A stretch of DNA of 63,922 nucleotides, filler included, from Octopus bimaculoides (taxonomy: Eukaryota): NCBI RefSeq assembly GCF_001194135.2. It is 6 parts of 6 records of this genome, joined end to end, with 100 filler letters (N's around TTAATTAATTAA, not from the genome) between each part and the next. Parts side by side here need not be neighbours in the genome. Positions count along the whole stretch, not along the records: positions 59,812 to 63,922 come from NC_069002.1; 5 more parts are not named here. One strand, given 5' to 3'. Shown here piece by piece: positions 61,146-63,922 of this stretch; position 1 is the first letter of the stretch, and every line of letters starts with the position of its first letter. The notes under the pieces were generated by a model that worked only from the letters and a program-made list of their open reading frames with translations, ran no database searches and was not told the DNA's origin. Made by a program: the position numbers and the translations under genes.

Positions 61146-62139
61146 TAGATAGATAGATATGTATATGTATAATGTACACACCCCAAAAACATTTATTTAT
61201 TCATACATATGTATATATACATAATTACACATATTTTTACTTGTTCATCTTCTCTCCAATCTATCTCTCTATCTATCTATCCCTGTCACCATGTCTGTCT
61301 GTCAGTCTGCTTGTCAGTTTGTCCGTCTGTCTGTTAATCTCTCTATGCCATCAACATAAATCACATCGCCGAAATATAAAACAAATAAATCAGAGACATA
61401 AATTAACGACAGAAATAAATCGCCGTTAATTTACTCGATCTAAATGGACATTTATCGTATTAGATCTTTAGTGAGATTACCTCATCAATAAATGGCCCAA
61501 ATCTGTTGACTAGGAAGATCTAAATAACGATTCTATCACGTCACACTTTACCAAATTTGCCATGAGATGTATGGTTTTGAATATAAATGAAGCAGAATAG
61601 AATTTACTTATTCACTGTACCTGTCCCCTTCCCTGCCTGGTTACCTGCCTGTCTGTCTCTCAGTCTGACAGAATATCTGTGTATGTCAATGCCTGTCTTA
61701 TCAGTGTGCCTATCTATCTATCTGTTTGTTTGCCTGCCAGTTTCTCTAGTTGTCCAACGGTATGTATGCATATATATATATTTTCTGTGGGGGTTTCACT
61801 CACCGAGTGACTCGGTTCTTTTTTTTAACTTAAAACAACTCTTGATGCTTGTGAATACCTGAATTGATTGGTGTCTCCATATACGTCTGCATGTGTGTAT
61901 GCATGTGTGCATGTGTGTATGTGCATGTGTCTGTGTGCATGTGTGTGTTTTATAGCCTGGTAGATTGAGCCATAGCGATACAGAAATTAAATACATTTTA
62001 GACCAGGTCTAAATACTGCATCTGTAACATTAACGACACTTAGAAGTCGGCACTGGATATTTAGAGCACTGTCAATATATTTAGGCGTGAATTGTATATC
62101 CATGTGGTGGAGGATGCAGAAAGAGAGAGTGAGCGAGCA

Positions 62140-62205
<66 letters not shown>

Positions 62206-63305
62206 AGACAATATGTAGCGAAAGGAATCTGAGAAGATTTGAATAACAGTACGTTACTATATATGATTTCTGTGATAACCAGCAGCAAAACATGTTTTTT
62301 AATGCTATATATAACTTCACAAGTGCTTTAGGTACACTACGCGCTAACATTTTATATTACAAGCACGCTTATGATTTAAATGTTTTACATATGAAGGTGT
62401 GCTGTAAAGTATCAAAGTGCACATATGATATATACGCTGCATATATATATAAACGTATGCATAGGCATGTGTATGTATGTGTGTGTATATATGTATATGT
62501 ATATATATATATTTATACGTGTATATGTGTATGGTATGTTTATGGTATGTGTATGTGTGTCTATGTGTGTGCTTGTATGCATAAGTATTTATGTACATAT
62601 ACACAGACTAAAAAATGTTTCTAACACAACATGATGTAAGGTATAGCTTCAGGTTTGAGGGGAATAAACCTTTACGTTGATCATAAGAAACTTCTCGGGA
62701 CAAACCACATAATGTGCACGAACACGGATAGGCACACACACACACACAATCAGCTATATATATATATATATATATATNNNNNNNNNNNNNNNNNNNNNNN
62801 NNNNNNNNNNNNNNNNNNNNNNNNNNNNNNNNNNNNNNNNNNNNNNNNNNNNNNNNNNNNNNNNNNNNNNNNNNNNNNNNNNNNNNNNNNNNNNNNNNNN
62901 NNNNNNNNNNNNNNNNNNNNNNNNNNNNNNNNNNNNNNNNNNNNNNNNNNNNNNNNNNNNNNNNNNNNNNNNNNNNNNNNNNNNNNNNNNNNNNNNNNNN
63001 NNNNNNNNNNNNNNNNNNNNNNNNNNNNNNNNNNNNNNNNNNNNNNNNNNNNNNNNNNNNNNNNNNNNNNNNNNNNNNNNNNNNNNNNNNNNNNNNNNNN
63101 NNNNNNNNNNNNNNNNNNNNNNNNNNNNNNNNNNNNNNNNNNNNNNNNNNNNNNNNNNNNNNNNNNNNNNNNNNNNNNNNNNNNNNNNNNNNNNNNNNNN
63201 NNNNNNNNNNNNNNNNNNNNNNNNNNNNNNNNNNNNNNNNNNNNNNNNNNNNNNNNNNNNNNNNNNNNNNNNNNNNNNNNNNNNNNNNNNNNNNNNNNNN
63301 NNNNN

Positions 63306-63371
<66 letters not shown>

Positions 63372-63922
63372 CATTATTATTATTATTTGTGTGTGTGTGT
63401 GCAATAAATTAATGTATTTCTTTTTAATATTTATTTTGCTGATACAAATATTTAAACTAAATGGATTAATTTTATTCCGTTGTAAAAGAAATGAGTACAA
63501 ATAATAATTATATAATATATATAAAATATAAACAAGGTATAAAGACGCAGTCAACACACACACACACACATACACACAACACAGATAGACAGCCAGACAG
63601 ACAGACAGACACACGCACACATATACACACGTGCGTGCGCACACATTCCTCAACACAAACTTAAAGGAGCGAAGAATTTTTTTTCCTGTCTTTTAAGTGC
63701 AAAATCGAATTTCGGGCACGAAGTTTCTATAATTCACTTGCAAAAAACAGTATCACGCTTCATAGTCAAAATATCTATGAATATATACATGTATAGGTAT
63801 ATATATATATATCTTTGTGTGTGTGATGTGTCTGTGCGTGTTTTTCTGTGGGTGCATCTGTGCATATAGTATTATTTTGTGTGTGTGTGTGCGTGGATAT
63901 ATATGTATATATATATATATAT

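Overview
This is AT-rich eukaryotic non-coding DNA, about 10% N gaps, saturated with microsatellites, tRNA-derived SINEs and decayed transposons. The repeat content looks like an octopus (coleoid cephalopod) genome; this is inferred from recalled repeat families, not from a database search. No host protein-coding gene, RNA gene or CRISPR array could be supported. Almost all ORFs in the supplied track are microsatellite or N-gap artefacts. Recognisable elements: (1) at least four tRNA-headed SINE families; (2) fragments of non-LTR retrotransposons from several clades (RTE x5-6, CR1/L2-like x3, L1-Tx1 endonuclease, R4/Dong-like, Hero-like); (3) Penelope-like ends with hammerhead-like core motifs; (4) mariner, hAT and other MITEs; (5) minisatellites, a 280-bp palindrome and a degenerate interstitial (CCCTAA)n array. 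Best leads: an uninterrupted triple-C2H2 ORF that appears to be an RTE C-terminus (17481-17840); a compact YY1/NRF1/ETS promoter-like island with a perfect minus-strand splice donor (47455-47560); and a modular SINE/LINE system in which SINE tails match co-resident LINE tails, including a compensatory stem change, and elements nest in each other's microsatellites. Five N44-TTAATTAATTAA-N44 blocks are artificial scaffold joins, so long-range adjacency across them is unverified. All family assignments come from manual translation, alignment and recall; boundaries are approximate (+/-10-20 bp).
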